From a virus: 64,000 bases of DNA. Below the pieces are notes generated by a model that was not told the DNA's origin, did not search any database, and was given only the letters and a program-made list of their open reading frames with translations. The DNA is taken from IMG/VR virus record IMGVR_UViG_3300015195_000006, positions 1 to 64,000 of that record; one strand, 5' to 3'. Within the stretch, counting starts at the first letter, position 1. Each line of letters begins with the position of its first letter. The position numbers were made by a program, and so were the translations under genes. Of the stretch, positions 23,169 through 32,647 are shown one piece after another.

Positions 23169-24757
23169 GCAACCAAGCGCGCAAAAGAGCACGATTAGAA
23201 CGGGAACTCGCCCGTCTGTCGTCGGCTAATGCGCCCATTCAACGAGAAGAAAGCGAAATCGAATCGAAGCAACCGCGCTTCAATCAGCCAGTCAGCATTT
23301 GGAATTCGATCTTTCGCTGGGTGATGACCGCGATCGATACCGAGCCCGACCCAGGACGCGGCTTTCGTGCAAGGGATGAGTGGATGCGCATCTTCATCCA
23401 GAAAGAACCCTTCCTGCAAGGCATCGTCAATTCGGTGGTGGACATTGACAAAAACCGCGGCTGGACGATTGAAGGCGGTCGCAACCAAGTCGCCAAATAC
23501 ACCGAGATGCTTCACGGCGCAGACGAAGGTGCCGGTTGGCGCAAGTTTATCGAATGGCAAGCCCAGTCCTATTACACCGCTCGAATGGGTTTCGTGACCG
23601 AACTGGGGCGTGAGGGCGAAGATGGTCCGTTACGCGCTATCTGGTCGGTTGATCCAGCACGCTGTCTCTTGACCGGCATCCCGGACAAACCCTTTCGGTA
23701 TTATCCGCTTTTGGGTGGCGAGCAAGAATGGCCAGCAAGTTCATTTTGCCGAGTCGCCAGTCTCGTTTCAACCGATGAAACCAAGTTGGGCTATGGCTTC
23801 CCAGCGGCAGAACGCTGTCTTTCACTTGCCAAGATTATGATTGGCGTTCTCTCTCAATTCAAACAACAGGTCTTGAGCGAAGCACCCGAAGGGTTGCTCA
23901 CGGGTAAGAACATCGGACAAGATCAATGGGACACCGCGCTCGAGCATTACGGCGAAGCCCTGCAATCCTATTCGGACAAGTTCGCTCGTTTGATGACACT
24001 GATGAGCGACGGACCGGATGCGCCTGAAGTCGCACTCACCTACTTCCGCAAACTACCGGAGGGTTTCGACCTGACCAAATGGACGGAAACGCTCATCGCC
24101 GGCTATGCCCTCTGCTTTGGCTACGATCCGAGAGAGTTCTGGCCGGTCAGCGGCGGACCATTAGGAACAGCAAGGGAGACTGACATTCAGCATCGCAAGG
24201 CATCAAGCAAGGGCGATCTCGACTTCTCGCTTGCCTTTCAAGAGCAACTGCAAAAAGTCCTTCCCGAATCGCTCTCCTTTGAGTTTCAGAACCGCGACGT
24301 GGATGGCGAGAAAGCCGATGCTGATTTACGCACTTCCAAAGCGCAAGTCTTCACTGCGCTAAATCAAATCGCCGTAGGCGGGCAACCTATTCTAACTAAA
24401 GTCCAACTCCTTGAAATGATGGCTGAGGATGGTTTGATTCCCGACGATTACACCATCTTCGAAGAACCCGCCAAGTCCACCGACACCGGTGAGGAATTGA
24501 AGAAGGAACTGGCAGACGAGAATATGGATGCGAGAGAGCCAAGCCCGGACGTTCAAACGATTGTTGACAAACCCGCCATTCAAGCGGCAATGCGCCGCTT
24601 CCCGGATGAACCCATTTATCGGTATGACTCACGCAAGAACCGAATGCGGAAGCTTTTCGACCCCTGGCGATTGCCGCGCAGTTTTCCCGTTAACAGTGAA
24701 AAGTCGGAATTCTATGCCGCGCTGGATGCCTACCATGCAATATCAAAACCAGTTTGA
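23165..24757 (+). CDS. portal protein
   Basis: 530 aa, ATGA-coupled to terL and followed by a head-morphogenesis gene. Called by position and size only. Confidence 0.7.
   Translation: MSNQARKRARLERELARLSSANAPIQREESEIESKQPRFNQPVSIWNSIFRWVMTAIDTEPDPGRGFRARDEWMRIFIQKEPFLQGIVNSVVDIDKNRGWTIEGGRNQVAKYTEMLHGADEGAGWRKFIEWQAQSYYTARMGFVTELGREGEDGPLRAIWSVDPARCLLTGIPDKPFRYYPLLGGEQEWPASSFCRVASLVSTDETKLGYGFPAAERCLSLAKIMIGVLSQFKQQVLSEAPEGLLTGKNIGQDQWDTALEHYGEALQSYSDKFARLMTLMSDGPDAPEVALTYFRKLPEGFDLTKWTETLIAGYALCFGYDPREFWPVSGGPLGTARETDIQHRKASSKGDLDFSLAFQEQLQKVLPESLSFEFQNRDVDGEKADADLRTSKAQVFTALNQIAVGGQPILTKVQLLEMMAEDGLIPDDYTIFEEPAKSTDTGEELKKELADENMDAREPSPDVQTIVDKPAIQAAMRRFPDEPIYRYDSRKNRMRKLFDPWRLPRSFPVNSEKSEFYAALDAYHAISKPV
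24684..24699. repeat. copy of 16-bp dyad motif
   Basis: TTCCCG TTAA CAGTGA. Encodes FPVNSE near the portal C-terminus. Confidence 0.85.
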
Positions 24758-25373
24758 CGTTCAGCAGGCACTCCGTAATTGGTCGGTTCGGCTTGGCGTG
24801 GACTTCAACCAAGCAATCATTGACCGCGCTCTCAAGGACTTTACCTACGAATACAGTCAGGCGCTCTACACGCTAGTGAATGAGAACATCGGCGGCAAGA
24901 TCGATTCTCAGGAAATGGCGAAGCGACATCGCGCCCTGATCCGTTCGATGGCGCCGCAAATCTACGAAGAGGGTCTTCGCCTCATTGGGATTGATGAACT
25001 GGATGAAGAAGACCAATCCCAAGTGCGGGGCTGGATCGCAGGGCAGCTTGGCTATGTAAACGATTTCGCCCGTTCTCCCAACACGAACAACATCGAAACA
25101 TGGACAAAGGCGCTCGGCAATCTCGGACAGCTAGCGAAAGCCAGCGCCGAACACAACACGATGGTCACCTGGCGCTTCAATCCTAACAAAGACCACTGCC
25201 GCACTGAAGGCGAACGGTTCGGCTGTGCCGATCTCAACGGCACGCGCCACCGCGTCAAATGGTTCATCTCGCGTGGACTCATTCCACAAGAGGTTGGATC
25301 TGAGACGATTGTCTGCGGAGGATGGGAATGTGGCTGTTCTTGCCGCGACGACAATGGAAAGAGGATTCTGTAA
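24726..25373 (+). CDS. minor head / head-morphogenesis protein (Mu F / SPP1 gp7-like)
   Basis: Position after the portal. C-terminal Cys/His block DHCRTEGERFGCADLNG...CGGWECGCSC. Start at 24726 or 24735. Confidence 0.5.
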   Translation: MPTMQYQNQFDVQQALRNWSVRLGVDFNQAIIDRALKDFTYEYSQALYTLVNENIGGKIDSQEMAKRHRALIRSMAPQIYEEGLRLIGIDELDEEDQSQVRGWIAGQLGYVNDFARSPNTNNIETWTKALGNLGQLAKASAEHNTMVTWRFNPNKDHCRTEGERFGCADLNGTRHRVKWFISRGLIPQEVGSETIVCGGWECGCSCRDDNGKRIL

Positions 25374-25388
25374 CCGAGGTAGTTACAA

Positions 25389-25580
25389 ATGAACAAAGAA
25401 CTATTGGAAGCCCAGGAAAACCTTGCATCCAACACCGAGATGATTGCGGTGCTGCTCACGTCGTATCGCCAGTCACTCATTGGGAAAGGCGTTGAATCAA
25501 AACTGGCTGATACACTGATGGCAGACTGTGCCTGGCTATATTGGAAGAACTTGTTCGAATCAACAACTAGACCAAAATAA
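25389..25580 (+). CDS. hypothetical protein (63 aa)
   Basis: Track ORF with GAGG upstream. Confidence 0.45.
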   Translation: MNKELLEAQENLASNTEMIAVLLTSYRQSLIGKGVESKLADTLMADCAWLYWKNLFESTTRPK

Positions 25581-25587
25581 GGAAAGT

Positions 25588-25815
25588 ATGCCAAACGAAA
25601 AAAGCGAACTCCGAATAACCTTCGATGGTCCTGCTTCGGCGGTCTTCAACATCGCGCTAGAAAACATCATTCCAGGACAACTCTTTGCCGCCGCCGCCTA
25701 TCTCCAATGGGTCGCGCAAGAAGAGGCGACTCGTATTGCCGCCGCTAAAAACAAGAAGACGGTAGCGGAAATGATCCAAGACACTCCAACGATTGCAATT
25801 CCATTTCAAAAATAG
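25588..25815 (+). CDS. hypothetical protein (75 aa)
   Basis: ATG 25588 follows AAGGAAAG. The track ORF starts earlier, at 25528. Confidence 0.5.
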   Translation: MPNEKSELRITFDGPASAVFNIALENIIPGQLFAAAAYLQWVAQEEATRIAAAKNKKTVAEMIQDTPTIAIPFQK

Positions 25816-25823
25816 GGGCTATC

Positions 25824-27035
25824 ATGGCAGACGATCAACAAGTAGGCTGGGCTGAAGGCGAAGCGGACCGAGAAGAAGACCAAGAACAAATTGACGCGGC
25901 AATAGCCAAACTTCCAACACCAGTTGTGTCGGTCAACAACCTTCCATCTGGTTCGGTGTTGCCCGCTGTCTTGCCCTATGGTCTCAAATCTCCCTGGACG
26001 CGCACGGTCATTGTGGACGCTGGCGGCAAGGGCGATTTCACTAGTATCGGGTCGGCGTGTGTCTATGTTGCGGCACAAACCCCAACTGCAACTGGACAGT
26101 GGAGAATTAAGGTAAACCCAGGGGTCTACACCGAAGACGCCTTTACGATACCAATATTTACATTGCTTGAAGGGTGTTTTCCCCAGGGAGTCTCTCCAGA
26201 TGGGCTTATTCCGATAGTTAAGATACTCCCCTCTGCTGGTTTTTGGGCTGGGGGAGGTGGATATTTTATCACTATGTCTAACGATTCGGCTCTGTACGGA
26301 GTGTATTGCAAAGCCGCACAGAATGTCACTAAAGACTCCGGAGTTGTCCTATCAGGTAATAACTGTCGGATTGTAGGTTGCTATCTCTACTTTGGTCTTT
26401 TCACTAGCACTGGGGCGTACAATGTATCGGCCGTCAAACACGCAGGGACTTCACTGGCTACTGAAATAATGTTTTCTACCCTGGCTACCTTTGACCCTTC
26501 TGGATTAAATCCAAAGACAAATGCCAGGACAGTATGGGATAGCTCTGGTCACGGAATATCAATGGGGTATTGCCAGATTGTTGCTGCGCTCCATGGTTGC
26601 GGATTTTGGGAAGATGCCGGTAACTCCAATCTCTATTTTGTCAGGATGGGAATCGGTAGCGGCGGCAGTGCCGCATATGATATTTATATCGCGGGTGGAA
26701 CCGTTATAGTCAGCAACACTCCATACCAGACTGCGTTTGGAACTCCAATTCATTTTGACAGATGGTTTCCAACTATTGCCGCAATCCGCCAAGCCCCAAC
26801 CGCTACCGATACGCCCACCATCAGCAAGGGCGCCGTAGCGCAAAGCGCAGACATTCAGCAAGTGCAAGGCAGCGACGCGGCGGTTTTGCACGCCATAGGG
26901 CCTACTGGACAAATTAAGACAAATCAATCGGCGAGCGCTGCTGTTTCGGTCGGAACGTTGGCGAACAAGATGCCGATTTACGACGCGGCGGGGACGCTAC
27001 TTGGATACATTCCGATTTACGCGACCATCACGTGA
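25824..27035 (+). CDS. right-handed beta-helix (pectin-lyase-fold) protein
   Basis: TVIVDAGGKGDFTSIGSA...WRIKVNPGVYTE resembles the pectinesterase/pectate-lyase N-terminal signature. Acidic N-terminus. Confidence 0.5.
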   Translation: MADDQQVGWAEGEADREEDQEQIDAAIAKLPTPVVSVNNLPSGSVLPAVLPYGLKSPWTRTVIVDAGGKGDFTSIGSACVYVAAQTPTATGQWRIKVNPGVYTEDAFTIPIFTLLEGCFPQGVSPDGLIPIVKILPSAGFWAGGGGYFITMSNDSALYGVYCKAAQNVTKDSGVVLSGNNCRIVGCYLYFGLFTSTGAYNVSAVKHAGTSLATEIMFSTLATFDPSGLNPKTNARTVWDSSGHGISMGYCQIVAALHGCGFWEDAGNSNLYFVRMGIGSGGSAAYDIYIAGGTVIVSNTPYQTAFGTPIHFDRWFPTIAAIRQAPTATDTPTISKGAVAQSADIQQVQGSDAAVLHAIGPTGQIKTNQSASAAVSVGTLANKMPIYDAAGTLLGYIPIYATIT

Positions 27036-27706
27036 AGCTCAGCATCGTCTTCGCCACACTCAACCGAATCCAATACTTGCCGCGCTGTCTGGACAGCGTT
27101 TATCGCACAGTCAGCGGGCTCGATTACGAAGTGATCGTTGCCGATGGCGGCTCAACCGATGGCACACTCGGCTATCTCAGAGAAGAGCAAAAGCAAAACG
27201 GATTACGATTGATCGAGCAGGGCAAGCCACTGGGCTGTGTTCGCGCTTTCAACGAGTGCTTCGCTTTAGCGAAAGGCGAATACGTCTTCAACTTCAACGA
27301 CGATGCCGAACTCGTTGGAGATGCCCTTGTAAGCGCGTGCAATATCCTTGACCAACGCAATGACATCGGACAGATTGCCATTCCTTACGCCTTCCCGCAA
27401 TTACCGCCTGAAGTCTCGATGATGAAGATTGGCGGCAGACTTGTCCCATACGCCAACTTCGCTGTAACGACCAAATGCCTTGGGGATAAAGTTGGATGGT
27501 GGGGCGGTCCCGAAATCAATCTCTACCGATACGCTGGCGACAACCAACTCTCGATGAACGTGTGGGCGAGCGGGTGCAAGGTTTTACCGTTACCGGTAAA
27601 AATGGGCTCGATCATCCACTATGCCGCCGAGGACGCGACACGACTAAATTCTCCTGACGACACGACCAAATTCTATTCCTACTGGAAAGACTTCAAATGG
27701 GACTGA
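27032..27706 (+). CDS. family 2 glycosyltransferase
   Basis: LSIVFATLNRIQYLPRCLDSV...YEVIVADGGSTDGT is the GT2 N-terminal signature. Confidence 0.8.
   Translation: MKLSIVFATLNRIQYLPRCLDSVYRTVSGLDYEVIVADGGSTDGTLGYLREEQKQNGLRLIEQGKPLGCVRAFNECFALAKGEYVFNFNDDAELVGDALVSACNILDQRNDIGQIAIPYAFPQLPPEVSMMKIGGRLVPYANFAVTTKCLGDKVGWWGGPEINLYRYAGDNQLSMNVWASGCKVLPLPVKMGSIIHYAAEDATRLNSPDDTTKFYSYWKDFKWD
27584..27599. repeat. copy of 16-bp dyad motif
   Basis: TTACCG TTAC CGGTAA. Encodes LPLPVK in the GT2 gene. Confidence 0.85.
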
Positions 27707-28317
27707 CACCGCAACTCTACGACGAAGGCGAAGAATCCTGGAAACTCAAGGTGCACGTGGGCTGTGGCAACATCTATCTCAATGGCTACTGGAACGTCGA
27801 TCTCGCCGGCTTTCTGGAAAAAGACCAAGGCCCGCATATCAAGCAGATGAACGAAACCTCCGTCGAGGATTACTACGCTCGGCTCAATGGAACGATCTTG
27901 GAACTCCCGCAGCGCCGCGTAACCATCGTAGATGAGTTTATGGACATGACCGACCTTCAGTTCGAGCGCGGCTCAGTTCAAAAGATTGTGGCGATTCAAT
28001 GCTTCGAGCACCTTTCGCCTGTCAAGGCGCTGAATACTCTTGTCAATTGGTGGGGCGTTCTCGCTCAAAATGGCATGGCGATTGTCTCCGTTCCGGATAT
28101 GAGACCAACGATCGCTTGGCTCAGCGATGAATCGGACGTGCGTCAGTTCGCCATCCGACACTTGCTTGGCTCTCAGCGCGACGACCTGAATTGGCATCAA
28201 GCATGGTATACGCCTGAAACACTCACCGAACTGCTGTCGAGTGTTGGATTCCAGGTTGAACCGCTAGAGAATCCACACATCTACCCAGCAATTTGTGTGA
28301 GGTGTCATAAGGTTTGA
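27697..28317 (+). CDS. class I SAM-dependent methyltransferase
   Basis: VHVGCGNIYLNGYWNVDL...IVAIQCFEHL is the Methyltransf_11/23-like pattern. Confidence 0.65.
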   Translation: MGLTPQLYDEGEESWKLKVHVGCGNIYLNGYWNVDLAGFLEKDQGPHIKQMNETSVEDYYARLNGTILELPQRRVTIVDEFMDMTDLQFERGSVQKIVAIQCFEHLSPVKALNTLVNWWGVLAQNGMAIVSVPDMRPTIAWLSDESDVRQFAIRHLLGSQRDDLNWHQAWYTPETLTELLSSVGFQVEPLENPHIYPAICVRCHKV

Positions 28318-28342
28318 CAGAAGAGACGGTACGGCTAATAAT
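28314..28342 (+). promoter_or_regulatory. promoter placed for a leaderless GIY-YIG transcript
   Basis: TTGACA (28314-28319), 17 nt, AATAAT (28337-28342), 6 nt, ATG 28349. No Shine-Dalgarno. Confidence 0.45.
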
Positions 28343-28348
28343 AAGAAC

Positions 28349-29035
28349 ATGGATAAAAACAAACCTGGGATTTACGCGATTCGATGCACCGCCGACGGTA
28401 AGAACTCTACGTACATAGGGCAGGCAGGCAACACAATCAAGGGAAGGTGGGGGAAACACAAAGCCGAGTTGAGAGGCAACCGTCACGGTAACGCGCATCT
28501 ACAAAACGCATGGAACAAATACGGAGAACGCGCCTTTGAATTCATAATACTAGAAAACTCCGAGGTTCGATATTTGACTGAACGAGAACAGTACTGGCTT
28601 GATCGAACCAAAGAAACAACCCCAATCTACAACATCTCACACAAGGTTAGATCGTCGTGCATTGGTACTACCTTTTCAGATGAACACAGACAAAGACTAT
28701 CCAGTAGCTTGATGGGGCATTCTGTTTCTGAGGCAACTCGTCAAGCCGTTTCAAAAAGATGGGAAACACGAGAAAGTGATTCCTGGATAACTCGCTGGCT
28801 AAAGGGTTCTGGGTTTCGCGGAAAGAAATTTACAAAAGAACATTCAGATCAGATTAGTTTAAGTGAGGCACGCCCGTATCCTTCATTTATCAATAAATCC
28901 ACTGACGAGATAATTCCAAGCGGCACTGGACTAAATCGGCTTTGTAAGGCGAGGGGATTGAGTATCTCTAAAATGTCAGAGGTAAAGAACGGAAAGCGTG
29001 CACACCACAAGGGATGGAGATTGTTCGGTGGTTAA
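28349..29035 (+). CDS. GIY-YIG homing endonuclease (copy 1)
   Basis: GIYAIRC...YIGQAGNTIKGRWGKHKAELR...NAWNKYGERAFEFIILE, followed by repeated helical NUMOD-like modules (SDEHRQRLSSSLMG...). Confidence 0.85.
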   Translation: MDKNKPGIYAIRCTADGKNSTYIGQAGNTIKGRWGKHKAELRGNRHGNAHLQNAWNKYGERAFEFIILENSEVRYLTEREQYWLDRTKETTPIYNISHKVRSSCIGTTFSDEHRQRLSSSLMGHSVSEATRQAVSKRWETRESDSWITRWLKGSGFRGKKFTKEHSDQISLSEARPYPSFINKSTDEIIPSGTGLNRLCKARGLSISKMSEVKNGKRAHHKGWRLFGG

Positions 29036-29882
29036 GATTTGCTTTCAAATGGTTGTTTGGCAAAGTGATTATTTCCTTGAGCCGTGCCTGAAAAGCATAT
29101 CTCCTTATGGTCAGATTGTTGTAACAGAGGGTCCGGTATCGTTCTGGACTAAGCGCGGAATGGGAACCTCTACTGACAAGACCAATGGAATTCTACGCAA
29201 GTTAGTTGGCAATAAAAGTGTGATTCATGGGGTTTGGTCTGAGAAAGACGAAATGATGAGAGCGGCAGAGCATTTGATTCCTGCTGATACTGATTTTGTT
29301 TGGATGGTCGATTCGGATGAAATCTATAAGGCAGAGATGGTGGAGAGAGTAATCGCCGCATTGGATACCGGGATGTATGACAGCATCGAATTCACCCCGT
29401 TCAGCTTCTTTGGCGGTTTCTCCAGATATATGACTGGATTCGAGGAGCATCCGCCCTTTGGTTGGCATAGAATCCAAAGATGGTATCCTGGGGCTACCTG
29501 GGAAACACATCGCCCGCCGACTGTGGTCGCACCGGACGGAAAGCCATGGAGAGAGCATCGGCACGTTGGCGCAATCCAATCAGAATCTTTGTTTGGTAGA
29601 TATTTCCATTATTCATACGTCTTCCCGTCCCAAATCAAAGCCAAGACCGAATATTACGCCAACAAGCGAACCATCCCGGACTACTTCAATCAGGTCTATC
29701 GTCCGTGGGTCTTGGGCGAGCGAAAAACGATCGAGGATCAATTCGAGGGCGTTCACGATTGGCTACCGGAAATCCGCGGTGCTTGTCGGACTCGAAAATT
29801 CATCGGCAGCCATCCAGAGGAAATCCAGCGGGTTCTGCCGCAACTCAGAGAACGGTTCGCCAAAGAGATTGCTGAACTATGA
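29028..29882 (+). CDS. putative glycosyltransferase (GT-A-like, DxD motif)
   Basis: FVWMVDSDEIY is a DxD motif within a ~280-aa protein sitting inside the glycan gene cluster. Start at GTG 29028 or ATG 29049. Confidence 0.45.
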   Translation: MVKICFQMVVWQSDYFLEPCLKSISPYGQIVVTEGPVSFWTKRGMGTSTDKTNGILRKLVGNKSVIHGVWSEKDEMMRAAEHLIPADTDFVWMVDSDEIYKAEMVERVIAALDTGMYDSIEFTPFSFFGGFSRYMTGFEEHPPFGWHRIQRWYPGATWETHRPPTVVAPDGKPWREHRHVGAIQSESLFGRYFHYSYVFPSQIKAKTEYYANKRTIPDYFNQVYRPWVLGERKTIEDQFEGVHDWLPEIRGACRTRKFIGSHPEEIQRVLPQLRERFAKEIAEL

Positions 29883-29937
29883 AGACCGCGCTCGTCACAA
29901 TGGCATTCACCAAGGATCGGCAAAAGTGGGCAGAACT

Positions 29938-31959
29938 ATGACCTATCCCGACTATATTGACCGCATAATTTGCGGCAATACGCTCGACTCATTGCGAACG
30001 CTGCCCGATGAATCCGTCCATTGCATCGTCACGAGTCCGCCGTACTGGGGCTTGCGCGATTATGGCACGCCGCCACAAATTTGGCGCAACGGCAAAGAGC
30101 CGTGCGAGAATCACGAGTGGGTTGAACGTGCGGAACGAACCGACGAAACGGGATACCAGCGCAATCGCAAGGGGCTGAATCACGCGGCATTGGCGAGTGA
30201 TGGAAACGAACGCACAGCAGAAGCGCGGGTCAATAACATCGTCAAAAAGTCTGACACCTGTCTCGTCTGCGGATCGTGGCGCGGTCACTTGGGACTGGAG
30301 CCGACGCCAGAACTCTACGTTGAGCATCTAGTTGAGATATTCAGAGAGGCGCGGCGTGTGTTGCGGGATGATGGGACGCTGTGGCTGAACCTGGGAGATA
30401 GTTATTGGGGCGGGAAAGGGCAAAGCGCGCAGGCGTGGTCAACCGAAAACACCGACCGCGATACGCTAGAGAAACCGCAACATCAAATAACTGGCAAAGG
30501 CGAGACGCGCCCGCAAGATGGCAAGCATTCAATCTTGAAACCCAAAGACCTCGTCGGCATCCCTTGGCGCGTGGCGTTCGCATTGCAAGCGGACGGCTGG
30601 TATCTGCGAAGCGACATTATTTGGCACAAGCCGAACCCGATGCCAGAGAGCGTGCGCGATAGACCGACGAAGGCGCACGAATACATTTTCCTGATGAGCA
30701 AGTCGCAGAAGTATTACTACGACTATCAAGCGATTCTCGAACCCGCAAATTACGACGGGCGCAAGAAAACGTTTATGCCTGGATCGCCAAAATATCAGAA
30801 CGGCTTTGCGCCAACAAACGGGTCAGAACAAACACTGCGGGCAAAAGGACATGAACGCTGGTCGAATAAAATCGTGGGACGCACTGAAAAGAAAATGGAA
30901 GGCACGGGTTACGGAGGAGATGGAACTGGGTTGCACGGACATAGCGGTTATTATGACGGCGACGGCAAATTGAGAATGAACGTGGATGCAAACGGCATTC
31001 CCGCGCGCAACAAACGAAGCGTCTGGACGGTCACAACGAAGCCGTTTAGCGGCGCGAAACTGATGGCTGATTATGTTGGCGACGATGGCAAGCCCTACAC
31101 AGCGTCAAAAGATTGTCCTCTGCATGGGCATCTTGCGCGTCCTGAAACGTCTGATACTCTTTCAGGTGGTGAACGACAAGTGGAGAACGAGAGCCGCATT
31201 TCTGACAAGCGTGATGATCGCGGTCAAGAATCTTTTTCCGAATCGAGAGCCAAGACTTTCCATAGCCACGCGGAAGGGTTAGGCGAAAATGCTCTCGCGC
31301 AAATTCCTGAAAGCAGGGGCGACCACAAAACTTCAACTGACCAGAGCGAACATACTTTGCCCGTTCAAAGTCTTTCCCGCACCACGCGCAATTTAGAATC
31401 TCATGGCGATGTGGGCGATAAAAAGGATTCAAGCGACCCAGCACATTCTTTGATTGCCAAGTCCCATAGCAAGCGAAAGAGCAGAACTGACCGCGCTCTC
31501 CTGACATCGCAACGTGATAGCGTTTCCGTACAAACTCTTTTTGGCACACCGAACAACGAATCGTCTGACGTGCGTACTGATTCGGATGTCCGCATTGGCG
31601 AGAGCAATAACGCGGCGGATTACGTTTTAAGTGCGACGGAGCAGAGTCCTTCGGCTGAAATGATTTACCGCACCTTTCACAACGATATTCCATCTGACAC
31701 CTCTACGTCTATTATATGCAAATGCGCGAAAGTGTCAATAGACCATTTCGCCACCTTCCCGCCTGACCTGATTGAGCCATGTATCTTGGCGGGCTGCCCG
31801 AAAGATGGCGTGGTACTTGATCCGTTCTTTGGAAGCGGCACAACGGGCGCGGTAGCGAAGAAACACGGGCGGCATTATCTCGGGCTAGAATTGAAGCCAG
31901 AATATATTGAGATGGCAGAGCGCAGAATCGCAGACGTGCAACCGCAATTGACTTTATGA
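29938..31959 (+). CDS. beta-class N4/N6 DNA methyltransferase carrying a 229-codon in-frame insertion
   Basis: Motif IV IVTSPPYWGLRDYG lies near the N-terminus. RSVWTVTTKPFSGA is separated by 229 codons from HFATFPPDL...VLDPFFGSGTTGAVA (motif I). Start at ATG 29938; the upstream part of the 833-aa track ORF overlaps the preceding gene. Confidence 0.8.
   Translation: MTYPDYIDRIICGNTLDSLRTLPDESVHCIVTSPPYWGLRDYGTPPQIWRNGKEPCENHEWVERAERTDETGYQRNRKGLNHAALASDGNERTAEARVNNIVKKSDTCLVCGSWRGHLGLEPTPELYVEHLVEIFREARRVLRDDGTLWLNLGDSYWGGKGQSAQAWSTENTDRDTLEKPQHQITGKGETRPQDGKHSILKPKDLVGIPWRVAFALQADGWYLRSDIIWHKPNPMPESVRDRPTKAHEYIFLMSKSQKYYYDYQAILEPANYDGRKKTFMPGSPKYQNGFAPTNGSEQTLRAKGHERWSNKIVGRTEKKMEGTGYGGDGTGLHGHSGYYDGDGKLRMNVDANGIPARNKRSVWTVTTKPFSGAKLMADYVGDDGKPYTASKDCPLHGHLARPETSDTLSGGERQVENESRISDKRDDRGQESFSESRAKTFHSHAEGLGENALAQIPESRGDHKTSTDQSEHTLPVQSLSRTTRNLESHGDVGDKKDSSDPAHSLIAKSHSKRKSRTDRALLTSQRDSVSVQTLFGTPNNESSDVRTDSDVRIGESNNAADYVLSATEQSPSAEMIYRTFHNDIPSDTSTSIICKCAKVSIDHFATFPPDLIEPCILAGCPKDGVVLDPFFGSGTTGAVAKKHGRHYLGLELKPEYIEMAERRIADVQPQLTL
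31046..31693 (-). CDS. HNH endonuclease encoded antisense inside the methylase insertion
   Basis: ACQKCGSRSPLVVHHL...NLLTLCRACHRRQH, plus several CxxC zinc-ribbon units. GAGGTG Shine-Dalgarno at 31698-31703. Confidence 0.8.
   Translation of the reverse strand: MEYRCERCGKSFQPKDSAPSHLKRNPPRYCSRQCGHPNQYARQTIRCSVCQKEFVRKRYHVAMSGERGQFCSFACYGTWQSKNVLGRLNPFYRPHRHEILNCAWCGKDFERAKYVRSGQLKFCGRPCFQEFAREHFRLTLPRGYGKSWLSIRKKILDRDHHACQKCGSRSPLVVHHLKEYQTFQDAQDAHAEDNLLTLCRACHRRQHNQPSVSRR
31711..31738 (-). promoter_or_regulatory. sigma70 consensus promoter for the antisense HNH gene
   Basis: Minus strand reads TTGACA (31738-31733), 16 nt, TATAAT (31716-31711). Confidence 0.55.
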
Positions 31960-31975
31960 ATCACCCGCATAGAAT
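31948..31975 (+). promoter_or_regulatory. promoter placed for a leaderless GIY-YIG transcript
   Basis: TTGACT (31948-31953), 16 nt, TAGAAT (31970-31975), 6 nt, ATG 31982. Overlaps the methylase stop codon. Confidence 0.5.
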
Positions 31976-31981
31976 TCGAGT

Positions 31982-32647
31982 ATGCCAAAAAGTAATTTGC
32001 CTGGAATCTATGCGATTGTTAATCTTGCAAACGGGAAGATGACAACCTATGTTGGCTCTACGGGCAACGCAATCGGATTGAGATGGACAGAGCATAGAAC
32101 GAAATTGCGAAGCAATAAGCATTTCAATCGCTATCTTCAAAGCTCTTGGAACAAACACGGCGAAAGCGCGTTTAGATTCGAGGCATTGGAGAACGTGCTT
32201 GAATCGGGTTGGCTGCCAGAGCGAGAACAATTCTGGCTAGATGAGATTAGATCACATAGACCAGTTTACAATACTGGAAAGTGTGCGGCGAATCCGTTAT
32301 TAGATAAACCGATGTCTGATGCCACGAAAAAGAAATTGTCAGAAGCGCGCCTGTCTTTTTCGGATGACGTAAAGAAACGGTTAGCCGCGATGGTTTCAAA
32401 GGTGCATAAGGGCAAGGAAATCTCGAACGCGCAAAGAGAATTTATGCACTTTAGGATGCTAGGAAATAATAATCATCCGCCCGCCAAGCCGTATCCCGCA
32501 TTTGTAAATCAAGTAACGGGTAAAGTCATACCTAGCGGCATGGGTCTTAGAACGATGTGTCGGCAACAGAATCTAAACCAAGCGGCAATGTGGCGCGTGA
32601 TGAAGGGAATCTGCAAACAACACCTTGGGTGGGAGGTTCTAAAGTGA
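31982..32647 (+). CDS. GIY-YIG homing endonuclease (copy 2, paralog of copy 1)
   Basis: GIYAIVNLANGKMTTYVGSTGNAIGLRWTEHRTKLR...SSWNKHGESAFRFEALE. C-terminal PYPAFVNQVTGKVIPSGMGL parallels copy 1. Confidence 0.85.
   Translation: MPKSNLPGIYAIVNLANGKMTTYVGSTGNAIGLRWTEHRTKLRSNKHFNRYLQSSWNKHGESAFRFEALENVLESGWLPEREQFWLDEIRSHRPVYNTGKCAANPLLDKPMSDATKKKLSEARLSFSDDVKKRLAAMVSKVHKGKEISNAQREFMHFRMLGNNNHPPAKPYPAFVNQVTGKVIPSGMGLRTMCRQQNLNQAAMWRVMKGICKQHLGWEVLK

Noticed and set aside
29458-29937. N-terminal 160 codons of the 833-aa track ORF
   Set aside because: They overlap the 3' end of the preceding glycosyltransferase-like gene in another frame and are Arg/Ser-rich. The conserved methylase sequence begins at ATG 29938.
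31057-31743. Insertion in the methylase as an intein or as a group I/II intron
   Set aside because: Intein is rejected: there is no Cys/Ser/Thr at the N-terminal junction, no His-Asn plus nucleophile at the C-terminal junction, and the endonuclease is on the opposite strand. An intron cannot be excluded from sequence alone. I saw no obvious conserved intron core, and the perfectly open, in-phase host frame argues against one.
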